A DNA stretch of 64,000 nt from an uncultured Solirubrobacterales bacterium (GCA_963744815.1 CAVUVL010000014.1:14344-78343), one strand, 5' to 3'. Positions 10,804 through 20,622 are shown, counted from the stretch's first letter. Numbers and translations are program-made. Notes: generated by a model from the letters alone, not told the origin.

Positions 10804-11376
10804 CTAGATCGGGATTCCCCACAGAGGGAACCAGCGCGTCAGCTCGGGCTCGAGCGGTAGCTCGGAGCCGATCTGCGCCCGGAGCACCAGCTCGCGTTCG
10901 TTGTCGCGTTGCTGGGGGCCGTCGGCCGGGACGAACGGGTAGAAGGAACCGCGCTTGTAGTTGTAGATCCAGTACAGGGGCCGGTGGTTGGAGTCCTGGA
11001 ACGCAAACACCGCGCACAGCACGCGGTCGCCGTAGCCGCCGCCCTCGAGCGCGCTGCTGACCGCGTTGATGCCCACAACCAGGTCGTCGAACCCGGGACC
11101 GCGCAGGACCAGCCAGCTGAAGCCGTAGGTGTCCTCGGAGGTCTCCACCGTGGTCCCGCTGTCGCCGGCGGTGGCTCGCACCACCTCCTCCATGTCACGG
11201 ACGATCGTGCGGAAGTCAGCCGTGGCCAGAGACTGGAATACGATCGCCGCCGCGCCGCGGCTGGTGATCTCGAGCCTCGTCTCCAGCGTGACGTATGCCG
11301 TGCTCATCGCGAACAGCCGGTCGGGCGCGGGCTTGGCCAGCTTGCGCTTGCCGGTGAGTACGTCGAGCAGCCCCAT
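10804..11376 (-). CDS. pspAB: PspA-associated protein PspAB
   Basis: MGLLDVLTG..DRLFAMSTA..DTYGFSW..YNYKRGSFYPFVP..RDNEREL..LTRWFPLWGIP; lies downstream of htpX. Confidence 0.82.
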   Translation of the reverse strand: MGLLDVLTGKRKLAKPAPDRLFAMSTAYVTLETRLEITSRGAAAIVFQSLATADFRTIVRDMEEVVRATAGDSGTTVETSEDTYGFSWLVLRGPGFDDLVVGINAVSSALEGGGYGDRVLCAVFAFQDSNHRPLYWIYNYKRGSFYPFVPADGPQQRDNERELVLRAQIGSELPLEPELTRWFPLWGIPI

Positions 11377-11411
11377 CGTGCCTAAGGGTAGTTGTCGGCC
11401 CGGGGCGGGCT

Positions 11412-12314
11412 CTAGGCGGTGCCCTGGAGCTGGGCCTCGAGCCGGGACAGCGCCGCCAGCCTGGCCTCCAGCGGCGGGTGCGTGGAGAACAGATTGCTCA
11501 GGCTCTGCTTGGCCTTGGGCGGAAAGATGTAGAACGCCGCCAGCTCTCCGGACGCGGCCCGCAGATCACGCTGGGGAATCTGCTCCATCGTCCCGCTGAT
11601 CCGCACCAGCGCCGAACTGAGCGCGCTTGGGCGGCCGGTGATGATCGCCGAGCCGCGGTCCGCGGCGAACTCGCGGTAGCGCGACAGGGACTGGATCAGG
11701 ACGTACGAGACCAGGTAGACGACGGCCGAGACGAGAATCACCACCAGGAAGCCGGGGCCGTTGTCGTCGCGGTCGTCGAACCCGAGCCCGAACCAGAAAC
11801 CCATCTGCACGATGAACGACGCGACCGCCGCGAAGAAGCTGGCCACCGTCATCAACAGCACGTCGCGGTTGGCAACATGGGTGAGCTCGTGGCCCAGCAC
11901 CCCCTCCAGCTCGGCTGGCGACAGCAGCTCCAGCAGCCCGGTGGTGGCGCACACGGTCGCCGTCTTGGGCGAGCGACCGACCGCGAACGCGTTGGGCATC
12001 GGCGTCTCGGCGATGGCCACCCGGGGCTTGGGCAGATCGGCCTGGATGCACAGCCGCTCGATCGTGGCGTGCAGCTCGGGTGCATCCTGGGGGGTTACCT
12101 CGTGCGCGCCCATCGAGGCCAGGGCGATCTTGTCCGAGGTGAAGTACTGGATCAGGAACAGGGCGCCCGCGATCACCGCCACGGTCACGGCACCGGCGCC
12201 GGCGGCGATCAGCACTGCGATCAGCACGGCGTAGACCAGACCGAGCAGGAACAGGGTCAGCAGCATCCGGGCCTGAAGGCCCGTGTCACGGCCAAAGGAT
12301 CGAGGCGCAGCCAT
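11412..12314 (-). CDS. htpX: Zinc metalloprotease HtpX (M48)
   Basis: PNAFAVGR, HELTH (HExxH), SRYREFAAD, FSTHPP; start MAAPRSFGRD at 12314. Confidence 0.92.
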   Translation of the reverse strand: MAAPRSFGRDTGLQARMLLTLFLLGLVYAVLIAVLIAAGAGAVTVAVIAGALFLIQYFTSDKIALASMGAHEVTPQDAPELHATIERLCIQADLPKPRVAIAETPMPNAFAVGRSPKTATVCATTGLLELLSPAELEGVLGHELTHVANRDVLLMTVASFFAAVASFIVQMGFWFGLGFDDRDDNGPGFLVVILVSAVVYLVSYVLIQSLSRYREFAADRGSAIITGRPSALSSALVRISGTMEQIPQRDLRAASGELAAFYIFPPKAKQSLSNLFSTHPPLEARLAALSRLEAQLQGTA

Positions 12315-12413
12315 TACCCAAGATGGTGGCAGACCAGGTAAGCAACTCCCTAACGTAGACGAGGAATTGCCAACTTTGGGCATACGACGTTTGGCCAGTC
12401 CTCCCTGATTGCT

Positions 12414-12443
12414 TTGCCAACCGGAGCTGCTACCGCGTAGACT
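12414..12443 (+). promoter_or_regulatory. Putative sigma-A promoter for the 12478 gene
   Basis: TTGCCA-18 nt-TAGACT; purine-rich GGGGAAGG before GTG 12478. Confidence 0.5.
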
Positions 12444-12477
12444 GGCCCCAGCCTGCTGTACGGATAGGGGAAGGCCT

Positions 12478-13479
12478 GTGCGAGCTACTCGCGCCTATGT
12501 TGCCGGTTTCGGCACCGCAGGATCCATATTGGCGTGCGCCGCCGTGTTGTTCGTGATCGCCAGCGCGGTGATCACCCTGAACGGCTGGCCGACCCTTTCA
12601 GCACAGCGGTCCCCCGCGGCAATTCGCATCACTCAGGCCCAGGCGGTCGCCGAGCGTGCCAGCCATAGCGCACAGGCCAAGCACGCTGTCGCGACGGCCG
12701 GCGGCTCGGCCACCCTGCTGGCTTCGGTTGGAATCCCGGCGGTCTCTACCAGCGCCGGCACGACTGTCAGGACCGGTGGCGCCGGGCACCGGAACCGCGG
12801 CTCTGGCGCCTCCTCGCGCCACTCGTCCTCGGGGCGCCATGGGGGTGCCCGCAGCGGACGCAGCGGACGCCGAGGTGCGAGCGGCTCACGCCACAGCGGT
12901 TCCCATGGCAACTCGGGAGCCAGCACCGGCACCCCGAGCGTCGCGCCGGCGGCGCCGGCCCCAGTGGTCACGCCCGTCTCGGTGCCGGTGGTGTCCTCGC
13001 ACAACGGAAACGGCAACAGCTCCGGAACGCCGACCTCGAGCGTCCACCAGGGCAAGGGCAGCGTCACGCTCTCCAGCAACGCCACTGGTAGCAGCCACGG
13101 TGGCAACGGCAACCACGTGAGCCACTCCAACAACGGCAACGGGAACGGTCGCGCCCACGGCAACGGCAACTCGCACGGCAACGGTCACGCCAACGGCAAC
13201 GGCAACGGCAACGGCGGCCCGCCCGCCACGCCGGCATCGGCCCCAGCGCCACCGGCGCCGACCGGCCAGGGGAACAAGGGCCAGGGCGGGAACGGCAACG
13301 GCAACGGTCAGGGCAACAACGGCAACAGCAACAGCAACGGGAACGGCCAGGGCAAGAAAGCCCCGGCCAATCGCGGCCAGGGCCGCGGTGTCCGGAGCGC
13401 GCCTGCGCCCCCCGGGCCGCCCGCGTGGGCCGGACACGGCGGCCGCAACGGCGCCGGCCACCACGGCCGCAACCACTAG
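12478..13479 (+). CDS. Membrane-anchored/secreted low-complexity Gly/Asn/Ser/His-rich protein
   Basis: GTG start MRATRAYVAGFGTAGSILACAAVLFVIA..GWP; long (GN)n tracts encoded by GGCAAC repeats. Confidence 0.75.
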   Translation: MRATRAYVAGFGTAGSILACAAVLFVIASAVITLNGWPTLSAQRSPAAIRITQAQAVAERASHSAQAKHAVATAGGSATLLASVGIPAVSTSAGTTVRTGGAGHRNRGSGASSRHSSSGRHGGARSGRSGRRGASGSRHSGSHGNSGASTGTPSVAPAAPAPVVTPVSVPVVSSHNGNGNSSGTPTSSVHQGKGSVTLSSNATGSSHGGNGNHVSHSNNGNGNGRAHGNGNSHGNGHANGNGNGNGGPPATPASAPAPPAPTGQGNKGQGGNGNGNGQGNNGNSNSNGNGQGKKAPANRGQGRGVRSAPAPPGPPAWAGHGGRNGAGHHGRNH

Positions 13480-13552
13480 TCCGGCCTCGCCTCAGCTGCA
13501 GTTCGCGTTGCGAGTTTCGGCGCGCACGGCGCTTCATCGATACTTCTCGTGA

Positions 13553-14248
13553 GTGCGGGTCACGGGCGCATACATGGCGGGCTTCGGCACGGCGGGGTCG
13601 CTGTTGGCGTGCGCGGCCGTGCTGTTCGTGATCGCCACCGGGGTGGTGGCCTTCCAGGGCTGGCCCGATCTGGCCAATCCGACCACTCCCGCCTCGGTGC
13701 GGCTCGACGTGCCTTCGGGCGCGGCCGGCCGGCCGAGCGCTCCTCCTCGCCCCCCGGTGGCTCGAGTCACCGTCACCCGGCCGCTGACCCGGCCGGTGTC
13801 CGGCCCGACGCCGCACCAGCCGACTGCCCTAACGCCCGCCGCCGGACGCCGGCATCCTGCCCCGGACGCGGTGGTGACCGCGCCCGGTGGCGGATCGGCA
13901 CCGGTGGTGGGAACCGGGGGCGCCAACGGCACCGGCGGCACCACCGTGATCAACCTCCACGGCACCTCTGACACCGGCGGGGTCGGCGCTGCGAGCGGCA
14001 GGGTGACGATCCCGAAGCTGGGTCACGTGGTCTCGAAGAACACCGTTCGGGCCGGTCAGACGGTCTCGAAGCTGGGGTCGGCAGCAGGTTCGGCGGCTGG
14101 TTCAGCGGCTGGTTCGGCGGCTGGTTCGGCGGCCCGAGGTGCGGTCGGGCGCGCAGTCGGCGATACGGTCAAGGGTGTGGCCGGGGCAGCCGGGCAGGCC
14201 ATGACCCGCGTGGGGGCCGGGGCGGCTGGTGTGCTGCCCGGCGGCTGA
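13553..14248 (+). CDS. Low-complexity Pro/Gly/Ala-rich protein sharing the N-terminal motif of the 12478 gene
   Basis: MRVTGAYMAGFGTAGSLLACAAVLFVIA..GWP; (SAAG)x4 repeat. Confidence 0.75.
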   Translation: MRVTGAYMAGFGTAGSLLACAAVLFVIATGVVAFQGWPDLANPTTPASVRLDVPSGAAGRPSAPPRPPVARVTVTRPLTRPVSGPTPHQPTALTPAAGRRHPAPDAVVTAPGGGSAPVVGTGGANGTGGTTVINLHGTSDTGGVGAASGRVTIPKLGHVVSKNTVRAGQTVSKLGSAAGSAAGSAAGSAAGSAARGAVGRAVGDTVKGVAGAAGQAMTRVGAGAAGVLPGG

Positions 14249-14270
14249 GCCGGAGGCTCGACCCGCCGTT

Positions 14271-15023
14271 TCAGCGCCGACCCAGCGCCTGCCCGATGAA
14301 GCGCAGGCTGACGGCTTGCATCTCCTCGTCGTGCTGGATCGACTGATGGTGTCCGCCCGGTACCTCGATCAGCCGGCTGTCCGGAGCCTGCAGTTCGGCG
14401 GCCAGCTCACGCGAGAGCTGGACCGGGACGCGCTCGTCGCCCTGGGCGTGGAGCAGTAGCACGGGCACGGTCAGGCGTGGCACCACGGCACGCAGGTCAC
14501 GGGTGTCGAGCAGCTGCTCGAGCTGCTCGACGTCGGCCCGGAAGTCAAACGAGCCGTCGTGCAACCCGCGCCGCAGTCCGTCGGCGCTGGCCGGGCAGAT
14601 CGCCACCACGGCCGCGGCTCGCGCCGAGGCGGCGGCGGCCAAGGCCAGGTATCCGCCCATGCTCGAGCCCCGGAGCACCACCGGCGCGGTCTCGTCGCCC
14701 AGCTCGCGGCGCAGCAGATCGGCCATCGCCACCACGTCATCGATCGCCCGGCCGTCCAGCGGCCCCTCGCTCTCGCCGTGACCGCGTTGGTCGAAGGTCA
14801 TGGCGGCCAGCCCGGTGGCGATCACCGCGCGAGCAAAGTCATAGTGGTTCTCCTTGCACGACCCGGCGCCGTGCAGGGTCACCACGCCGGCGCCGGGAGC
14901 TGGCAGGCGATCCTCGGGCAGCCACAGGGCGTAAGCCAGGCCGTGGTGCCTGCCGGTCTTGGCCGGGCGGACCGGAGTGACCGTCCTACCGCGCCGTGAC
15001 GAGCCCCTCACCCGCCACACCAT
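14271..15023 (-). CDS. Alpha/beta hydrolase (start uncertain)
   Basis: LHGAG, FDQRGHGES, GSSMGG nucleophile elbow, LLHAQGDERVP, GGHH. Confidence 0.88.
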   Translation of the reverse strand: MVWRVRGSSRRGRTVTPVRPAKTGRHHGLAYALWLPEDRLPAPGAGVVTLHGAGSCKENHYDFARAVIATGLAAMTFDQRGHGESEGPLDGRAIDDVVAMADLLRRELGDETAPVVLRGSSMGGYLALAAAASARAAAVVAICPASADGLRRGLHDGSFDFRADVEQLEQLLDTRDLRAVVPRLTVPVLLLHAQGDERVPVQLSRELAAELQAPDSRLIEVPGGHHQSIQHDEEMQAVSLRFIGQALGRR

Positions 15024-15039
15024 ATCTTTTGCGGTCCCG

Positions 15040-16320
15040 ATGCCCACCGCGCTCTCCACCCCCGTCGCCCGCCTGCTGCCGCTCGGCACGCGCCTGAACA
15101 ACCGAGGCCACCTCCAGCTCGGCGGCTGTGACGTGCTCGATCTGGCCCGGGAGTTCGGGACCCCGGCCTACATCGTGGTCGAGGATGACCTGCGTATGCG
15201 CGCCCGCGCATTCGTCGACGCGCTCGCTGCCCGTCACCGCGACTTCGACGTCCTGTTCGCCTCCAAGGCGTTTCCCTGCACCGCGGTCTACCGCACCCTG
15301 CAAGAGGAGGGCCTGGCCTGCGACGTGGCCTCGGGTGGCGAGCTGGCCCTGGCGCTACGGGCGGGCTTCGACCCTGCCCGCACCTACCTGCACGGCAACG
15401 CCAAGTCCGCCGTCGAGTTGCGCGAGGCGCTCGAGGCCGGGGTCGGCCACGTGGTGATCGACTCCTTTGACGAGCTCGATCGCCTGGCCGGGATCGCCGG
15501 CGAGCTGGACCGGCGCCAGGATGTGTTGATCCGGGTCACGCCGGACATCAGCGGCGACACCCATTCCAAGATCTCGACCGGCCAGGCGGACTCGAAGTTC
15601 GGCTTCTCGCTGGACCAGGCCCGGGAGGCGATCGATCGCCTGCGTTCCACCGCGTCATTGGAGCTGGTGGGGCTGCACTTCCACATCGGCTCGCAGCTGT
15701 TCGAGCTCGAGCCGTTCCGGGCCGCGGTCGGGGCGATCGCCGGCCTGGGCGAGTTCGGCGTCTACAACCTGGGCGGGGGCCTGGGCGCGGCCTACACGGT
15801 CGACCAGCATCCTCCCAGCCCGGAGCAGTACGTGGAGGCGATCGTCGACGCCTTGCACGACGCCGTCGGCCCCGACACGCGGCTGCTGCTCGAACCGGGC
15901 CGGGCGCTGGTGGCCAACTCGACGGCGACCATCTACACGGTCGAGTCGGTCAAGCGGAACGTTTCGACCTGGGTCGCGGTCGACGGCGGCATGTCCGACA
16001 ACCTGAGGCCGATGCTCTATGACGCCCGCTACGAGGCGGTGATCGCGGATCGCCCGCTGGCCGAGGGCGGCGAGGTCTGCCAGCTGGCCGGCAAGCACTG
16101 CGAGTCCGGAGACGTGATCATCCGCGACGTGCAACTCGATGACCCCAAGCCCGGCGATGTGATTGTGACGCCGGCCACCGGTGCCTACGGTTACTCGCTG
16201 GCCAACAACTACAACGGCGTCCCGCGCCCGCCGGTGATCTTCTGCCGTCAGGGCTCGGCCCGCGTGGTGGTCCGGCGCGAGACCTACGAGGACCTGCTGC
16301 GCCGGGACGTGCCGGCATGA
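15040..16320 (+). CDS. lysA: Diaminopimelate decarboxylase
   Basis: FGTPAY, FASKA, HGNAKS, SKFG, HFHIGSQ, EPGRAL, GKHCESGD, TGAYG..NYN. Confidence 0.96.
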   Translation: MPTALSTPVARLLPLGTRLNNRGHLQLGGCDVLDLAREFGTPAYIVVEDDLRMRARAFVDALAARHRDFDVLFASKAFPCTAVYRTLQEEGLACDVASGGELALALRAGFDPARTYLHGNAKSAVELREALEAGVGHVVIDSFDELDRLAGIAGELDRRQDVLIRVTPDISGDTHSKISTGQADSKFGFSLDQAREAIDRLRSTASLELVGLHFHIGSQLFELEPFRAAVGAIAGLGEFGVYNLGGGLGAAYTVDQHPPSPEQYVEAIVDALHDAVGPDTRLLLEPGRALVANSTATIYTVESVKRNVSTWVAVDGGMSDNLRPMLYDARYEAVIADRPLAEGGEVCQLAGKHCESGDVIIRDVQLDDPKPGDVIVTPATGAYGYSLANNYNGVPRPPVIFCRQGSARVVVRRETYEDLLRRDVPA

Positions 16321-17540
16321 GCGCGTTCCGGGTGGGGCTGCTGGGCCGCGGGACGGTGGGCGGTGCCTTCGCCGAGCTGCTGCCCCAGCACGCTGACCGG
16401 ATCGAGCGGACCACCGGGCTGCGCCCCGAGCTCTCGGGCGTGCTCACCCGCAGCTCGGGCTCGTTCGACGAGATCCTGGCCAACTCGGATCTGATCGTCG
16501 AGCTGATCGGCGGGCTGGAGCCCGCGCGCGAGTACCTGACCCGGGCCATGGGCGAGGGCAGGCACGTGGTCACCGCCAACAAGCAGCTGCTCTCCCACCA
16601 CGGCGAGGAGCTCTGGGACCTGGCTCGCGACAACGACGTGCAGCTTCGGTTCGAGGGCGCGGTGGCCGGCGTCGTGCCGGTGATCCGCGTCTTGGCCGAG
16701 TCCCTGGCCGGAGCCACGATCGACCGCGTACACGGGATCGTCAACGGCACCACGAACTTCATCCTCACCGAGATGGCTCGCACCGGGGCCACGTTCGAGC
16801 AGGCTCTGGCCGAGGCCCAGCGACTCGGCTACGCCGAGGCCGACCCGTCTGAGGACGTGGACGGTCGCGACGCGGCGGCCAAGATGGCGATCCTCGCCCG
16901 CCTGGCCTTCGAGACTCCGATCCACATCGACCAGGTCAGCTACGAAGGGATCGAGCACATCCAGCCCGACGACCTCGAGTACGCCCGCGACCTGGGCCTG
17001 GGCCTGAAGCTGATCGGCACCGCCGAACGGGTCGGCGAGCGGGCCCTGTCGGTCCGCGTGCATCCCGCCTTCCTGTACCCCGGACACCCGCTGGCCTCGA
17101 TCCACGGCCCGTTCAACGCGGTGACCGTGGAATCCGAGGCGATCACCGAGATCACGATGTCGGGGCCCGGCGCGGGCGGGCCGCAGACCGCCACGGCCGT
17201 GCTCGGGGACGTGATCAGCGCGATGATCCCGCCCGCCTCGACCCCACCGGCCACCGAGCGTCTGGACCTGGTCCAGGACGTGGTGTCAGCCTTCTATCTG
17301 CACCTGGAGGTGGCCGACGAACCCGGTGTGCTGGCGCAGGTGGCCCAGGTGCTCGCGCTCCAGGACGTATCGGTCAAGTCCGTGGTCCAGAAGGGCATGC
17401 GCGACCAGGCGCGGCTGGTGATGGTGGTCCATCCGGTGCTCGAGTCGCGCTTCGCCGCGGCCATGGAGCTGATCGCCGGGCTCGAGGTGATGCGGGCGCC
17501 CCCGCGCGCGATCCGGGTGCTCGAGGAGGAGTTCTCGTAG
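16317..17540 (+). CDS. hom: Homoserine dehydrogenase with ACT domain
   Basis: GLLGRGTVG, VVTANK, GIVNGTTNFIL, GYAEADP, GPGAGG; C-terminal ACT (DEPGVLAQV). Confidence 0.96.
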   Translation: MSAFRVGLLGRGTVGGAFAELLPQHADRIERTTGLRPELSGVLTRSSGSFDEILANSDLIVELIGGLEPAREYLTRAMGEGRHVVTANKQLLSHHGEELWDLARDNDVQLRFEGAVAGVVPVIRVLAESLAGATIDRVHGIVNGTTNFILTEMARTGATFEQALAEAQRLGYAEADPSEDVDGRDAAAKMAILARLAFETPIHIDQVSYEGIEHIQPDDLEYARDLGLGLKLIGTAERVGERALSVRVHPAFLYPGHPLASIHGPFNAVTVESEAITEITMSGPGAGGPQTATAVLGDVISAMIPPASTPPATERLDLVQDVVSAFYLHLEVADEPGVLAQVAQVLALQDVSVKSVVQKGMRDQARLVMVVHPVLESRFAAAMELIAGLEVMRAPPRAIRVLEEEFS

Positions 17541-17543
17541 GCA

Positions 17544-17560
17544 CAAACGTTTTACGTTTG
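17544..17560. promoter_or_regulatory. AT-rich inverted repeat upstream of the AbiEi/DUF559 gene
   Basis: CAAACGT-TTT-ACGTTTG, perfect 7-bp arms. Confidence 0.4.
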
Positions 17561-17600
17561 CCACCGCCGCGTCACATTTTTCGTGGTGGAGTCAGGGGTG

Positions 17601-18521
17601 ATGGAGATTCGCCCCGTATATGAGGGTCAACCTCCCACACCCTGGCGGTTGCTTGCGGCGCTGGTTGTTTCTCAGCATGGGGTCGTGGCGCGCTGGCAGC
17701 TTCTCGAGCTCGGGTTCACGAGCAGCATGATCGAGCGGTTGGTGCAGCGCGGTCAGCTGCACCCCATCCATCGCGGCGTCTACGCGGTCGGGCACGCGCG
17801 CCTGACCGTGCGGGGCCGCTGGCTGGCCGCGATCCTGGCCTGCCGCCCTGACGCCGTCCTCAGCCACGCCGCCGCTGCCGCCCTCTGGGAGCTCCGGACC
17901 GCACCGACCACGATCGACATCACCGCCCCGGGCAAGCGCACGCACGCGGGCATTCGCTGTCACGTCGCGCGCGCCCGGCCGCCTTGGACCACGATCGACG
18001 GCATTCCCGTGACCACGCTGGAGCGCACGCTCCTCGACCAGGCCGAGCGGCTGAGCCTTCAGCGCGTGCGCTCCATGCTCGAGTCCGCGCAGCGCCGAGA
18101 CCTGCTCGACGTCGCCCGGGTGCGAGCCGCCATCGCGAGCAGCCCCGGGAGGAGCACACGGCGGCTCAAGCAGGCCCTGGCGCAACTGCACGACGAGGCC
18201 CCGTGGACCCAGTCCGAGCTCGAGCGCGCGTTCCTCGAGCTGATCCGCGCCGCTGGCCTGCCCGAGCCCCAGTGCAACGTCTACGTGGCCGGAATGCTGG
18301 TGGACTTCTACTGGCCGCAGCCGGGCGTGGTGGTCGAAATCGACGGCTACGCCTATCACCGCGGCCGCCGGTCGTTCGAGGACGACCGGCGCAAGAGCAC
18401 GCGGCTGCAGGTGGCCGGCGTACGCGCCGCAATTCAGGTGACCGCCCACCGGATTCGTCACGACCAGCCCGGCCTGATCGCCGACATGCAGCAGCTGCTT
18501 ATAGGATCCGCCGCCGCATGA
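17601..18521 (+). CDS. AbiEi-like antitoxin N-terminal domain plus DUF559/Vsr-like endonuclease domain
   Basis: QHGVVARWQLLELG..HRGVYAVG, LSHAAAAALW, IPVTTLERTLLD, SELE, VDFYW..VVEIDGYAYH..DRRK. Confidence 0.85.
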   Translation: MEIRPVYEGQPPTPWRLLAALVVSQHGVVARWQLLELGFTSSMIERLVQRGQLHPIHRGVYAVGHARLTVRGRWLAAILACRPDAVLSHAAAAALWELRTAPTTIDITAPGKRTHAGIRCHVARARPPWTTIDGIPVTTLERTLLDQAERLSLQRVRSMLESAQRRDLLDVARVRAAIASSPGRSTRRLKQALAQLHDEAPWTQSELERAFLELIRAAGLPEPQCNVYVAGMLVDFYWPQPGVVVEIDGYAYHRGRRSFEDDRRKSTRLQVAGVRAAIQVTAHRIRHDQPGLIADMQQLLIGSAAA

Positions 18522-19504
18522 GAGCCATCCAGATCACTGAGCTGACCGGACCGGCCTCGGCGCTGAACCTGGCCGACGTGCCCGAGCCCGAGGCATCACA
18601 CCCGATGACCCCGGGCAGCGGCGTGCTGGTCGACGTCAGGGCAGCCGGCGTCTCGTTCCCGGAGTTGCTGCAGACCCGCGGCGAGTACCAGATCAAGCCC
18701 GAGCTGCCGTTCGTACCCGGCAGTGAGGTGGGCGGCGTGGTCCGCGAGGTCAACGGAGACGCCCAGCTCAAGCCCGGCGATCGGGTGGCCGCGTTCACGA
18801 TGCTCGGCGCCTGGGCCGAGACGGCGGTGGCGCCGACCCACTTCACCTTCAAGCTCCCCGATCAGCTCGACTTCGCCCAGGGCGCGGCCCTGATCCTCAA
18901 CTACCACACGGCCTACTTCTCGCTGCAGATGCGCGGACGCCTGCAGGCCGGCGAGACCGTGCTGGTGCACGGCGCGGCGGGTGGCGTGGGCACGGCGGCG
19001 CTGCAGGTGGCCAAGGGTCTGGGGGCCAAGACGATCGCCGTGGTCTCGAGCGACGACAAGGCGCGCGTGGCCGTCGACGCCGGAGCCGACCACGTGGTGC
19101 GCTCCGACGGTCCCTGGAAGGACGAGGCCAAGGAGCTCTCCGGCGGCGGCGTGGACCTGGTGCTCGACCCGGTGGGCGGCGACCGCTTCACCGACAGCCT
19201 GCGCTCGCTGCGCGAGGGCGGACGGGTCGTGGTGGTCGGCTTCACCGGCGGCTCGATCCCCGAGGTGCGGGTCAACCGCCTGCTGCTCAACAACACCGAG
19301 GTGGTCGGCGCCGGCTGGGGCGCCGGCGTGCTGACCCACCCCGAGCGCACGGCGCAGATCGGCCAGGCCGTGGGCGAGCTGATCGCCACCGGCTTCGTGG
19401 CCCCGGTGATCGGCGCCCGGTTCCCGCTCGCGCGGGCCGGTGAGGCGCTGGAGCTGTTGGACTCACGGGGCGCGACCGGCAAGGTCGTGCTCGAACTGGA
19501 CTGA
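18518..19504 (+). CDS. NADPH:quinone oxidoreductase (MDR family)
   Basis: MRAIQI, PFVPGSEVGG, VLVHGAAGGVG, DPVGGD, GKVVL. Confidence 0.92.
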   Translation: MRAIQITELTGPASALNLADVPEPEASHPMTPGSGVLVDVRAAGVSFPELLQTRGEYQIKPELPFVPGSEVGGVVREVNGDAQLKPGDRVAAFTMLGAWAETAVAPTHFTFKLPDQLDFAQGAALILNYHTAYFSLQMRGRLQAGETVLVHGAAGGVGTAALQVAKGLGAKTIAVVSSDDKARVAVDAGADHVVRSDGPWKDEAKELSGGGVDLVLDPVGGDRFTDSLRSLREGGRVVVVGFTGGSIPEVRVNRLLLNNTEVVGAGWGAGVLTHPERTAQIGQAVGELIATGFVAPVIGARFPLARAGEALELLDSRGATGKVVLELD

Positions 19505-19580
19505 CCGCTCGCTGCGCGGGACCGCGCGCTCGCAGCCCGGATCCCGCGCTCGCTGCCGGGACCGCGCGCTCGCTGCCCGC
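19502..19580. repeat. Imperfect 20-bp tandem repeat starting at the qor stop codon
   Basis: Units at 19521, 19541 and 19561 (ACCGCGCGCTCGCTGCCCGG-like) plus a shorter unit at 19504. Confidence 0.75.
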
Positions 19581-19608
19581 ACCGGCTCTCTGACATGCTC
19601 CGGCGGCG

Positions 19609-20622
19609 ATGCCAGGGCTGATCGAGCGATACCGCGACAGGCTGCCGTTCTCCGACCGCGATCCCGTCGTCTCGCTGGGCGAGGGCTCGACCCCGCTGGT
19701 CCACGCTCCGACCCTGTCGAGCAAGGTCGGGGCCGAGGTGTGGCTCAAGCTCGAGGGGCTGAACCCGACCGGCTCGTTCAAGGACCGCGGCATGACCTGC
19801 GCCGTATCGGCCGCGGTGCGCGAGGGGGCCGAGGCGATCGTCTGCGCCTCGACCGGCAACACGGCCGCCTCGGCCGCGGCCTACGCGGCGCGGGCCGGGC
19901 TGCGGTGCGCGGTGATCGTGCCCGAGGGCAAGATCGCCACGGGCAAGCTCGCCCAGGCGCTGATGCACGGGGCCCGGGTGGTCGCGCTGCGGGGAAACTT
20001 CGACGTGGCCCTGAAGCTGGTCCGCGAGCTGTGCGCCGGCCACCCGATCGCCCTGGTCAACTCGGTCAACGAGTTCCGGATCGAGGGCCAGAAGACGGCC
20101 GCCTTCGAGGTCGCCGAGTCGCTGGCCGGAGAGCTCGAGGCGCTGTGCGTCCCGGTGGGCAACGCGGGCAACATCACCGCCTACTGGCGCGGCTTCAGCG
20201 AGCTGGGCCAGAAGCCACGCATGCTTGGCTTTCAGGCCGCCGGAGCCGCCCCGCTGGTCCACGGCGCCCCGGTCGAGAACCCCGAGACCGTGGCCAGCGC
20301 GATCCGGATCGGCAACCCGGCCCGCTGGGAGGACGCGATGAACGCGATGACCGCCTCCGGCGGAGCGGTCAAGGCCGTCACCGACGAGCAGATCCTGTCC
20401 GCCTACCGGCTGCTGGCCGGGGAGGAGGGGATCTTCTGCGAGCCGGCCTCCGCGGCCAGCGTGGCGGGCCTGCTGGTCCACGGCGTCGGCGACGCCCGCA
20501 CGGTGGCCTGCGTGCTGACCGGCCACGGGCTCAAGGACCCGCAGACCGCGCTGGCCCAGGCCGGGGCGGTGGTGCCGTGCGACGCCAGCCTCGAGGCGAT
20601 CGAGCGCGCGGTGCTGGGATGA
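19609..20622 (+). CDS. thrC: Threonine synthase
   Basis: [49 protein letters not shown]. Confidence 0.96.
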   Translation: MPGLIERYRDRLPFSDRDPVVSLGEGSTPLVHAPTLSSKVGAEVWLKLEGLNPTGSFKDRGMTCAVSAAVREGAEAIVCASTGNTAASAAAYAARAGLRCAVIVPEGKIATGKLAQALMHGARVVALRGNFDVALKLVRELCAGHPIALVNSVNEFRIEGQKTAAFEVAESLAGELEALCVPVGNAGNITAYWRGFSELGQKPRMLGFQAAGAAPLVHGAPVENPETVASAIRIGNPARWEDAMNAMTASGGAVKAVTDEQILSAYRLLAGEEGIFCEPASAASVAGLLVHGVGDARTVACVLTGHGLKDPQTALAQAGAVVPCDASLEAIERAVLG

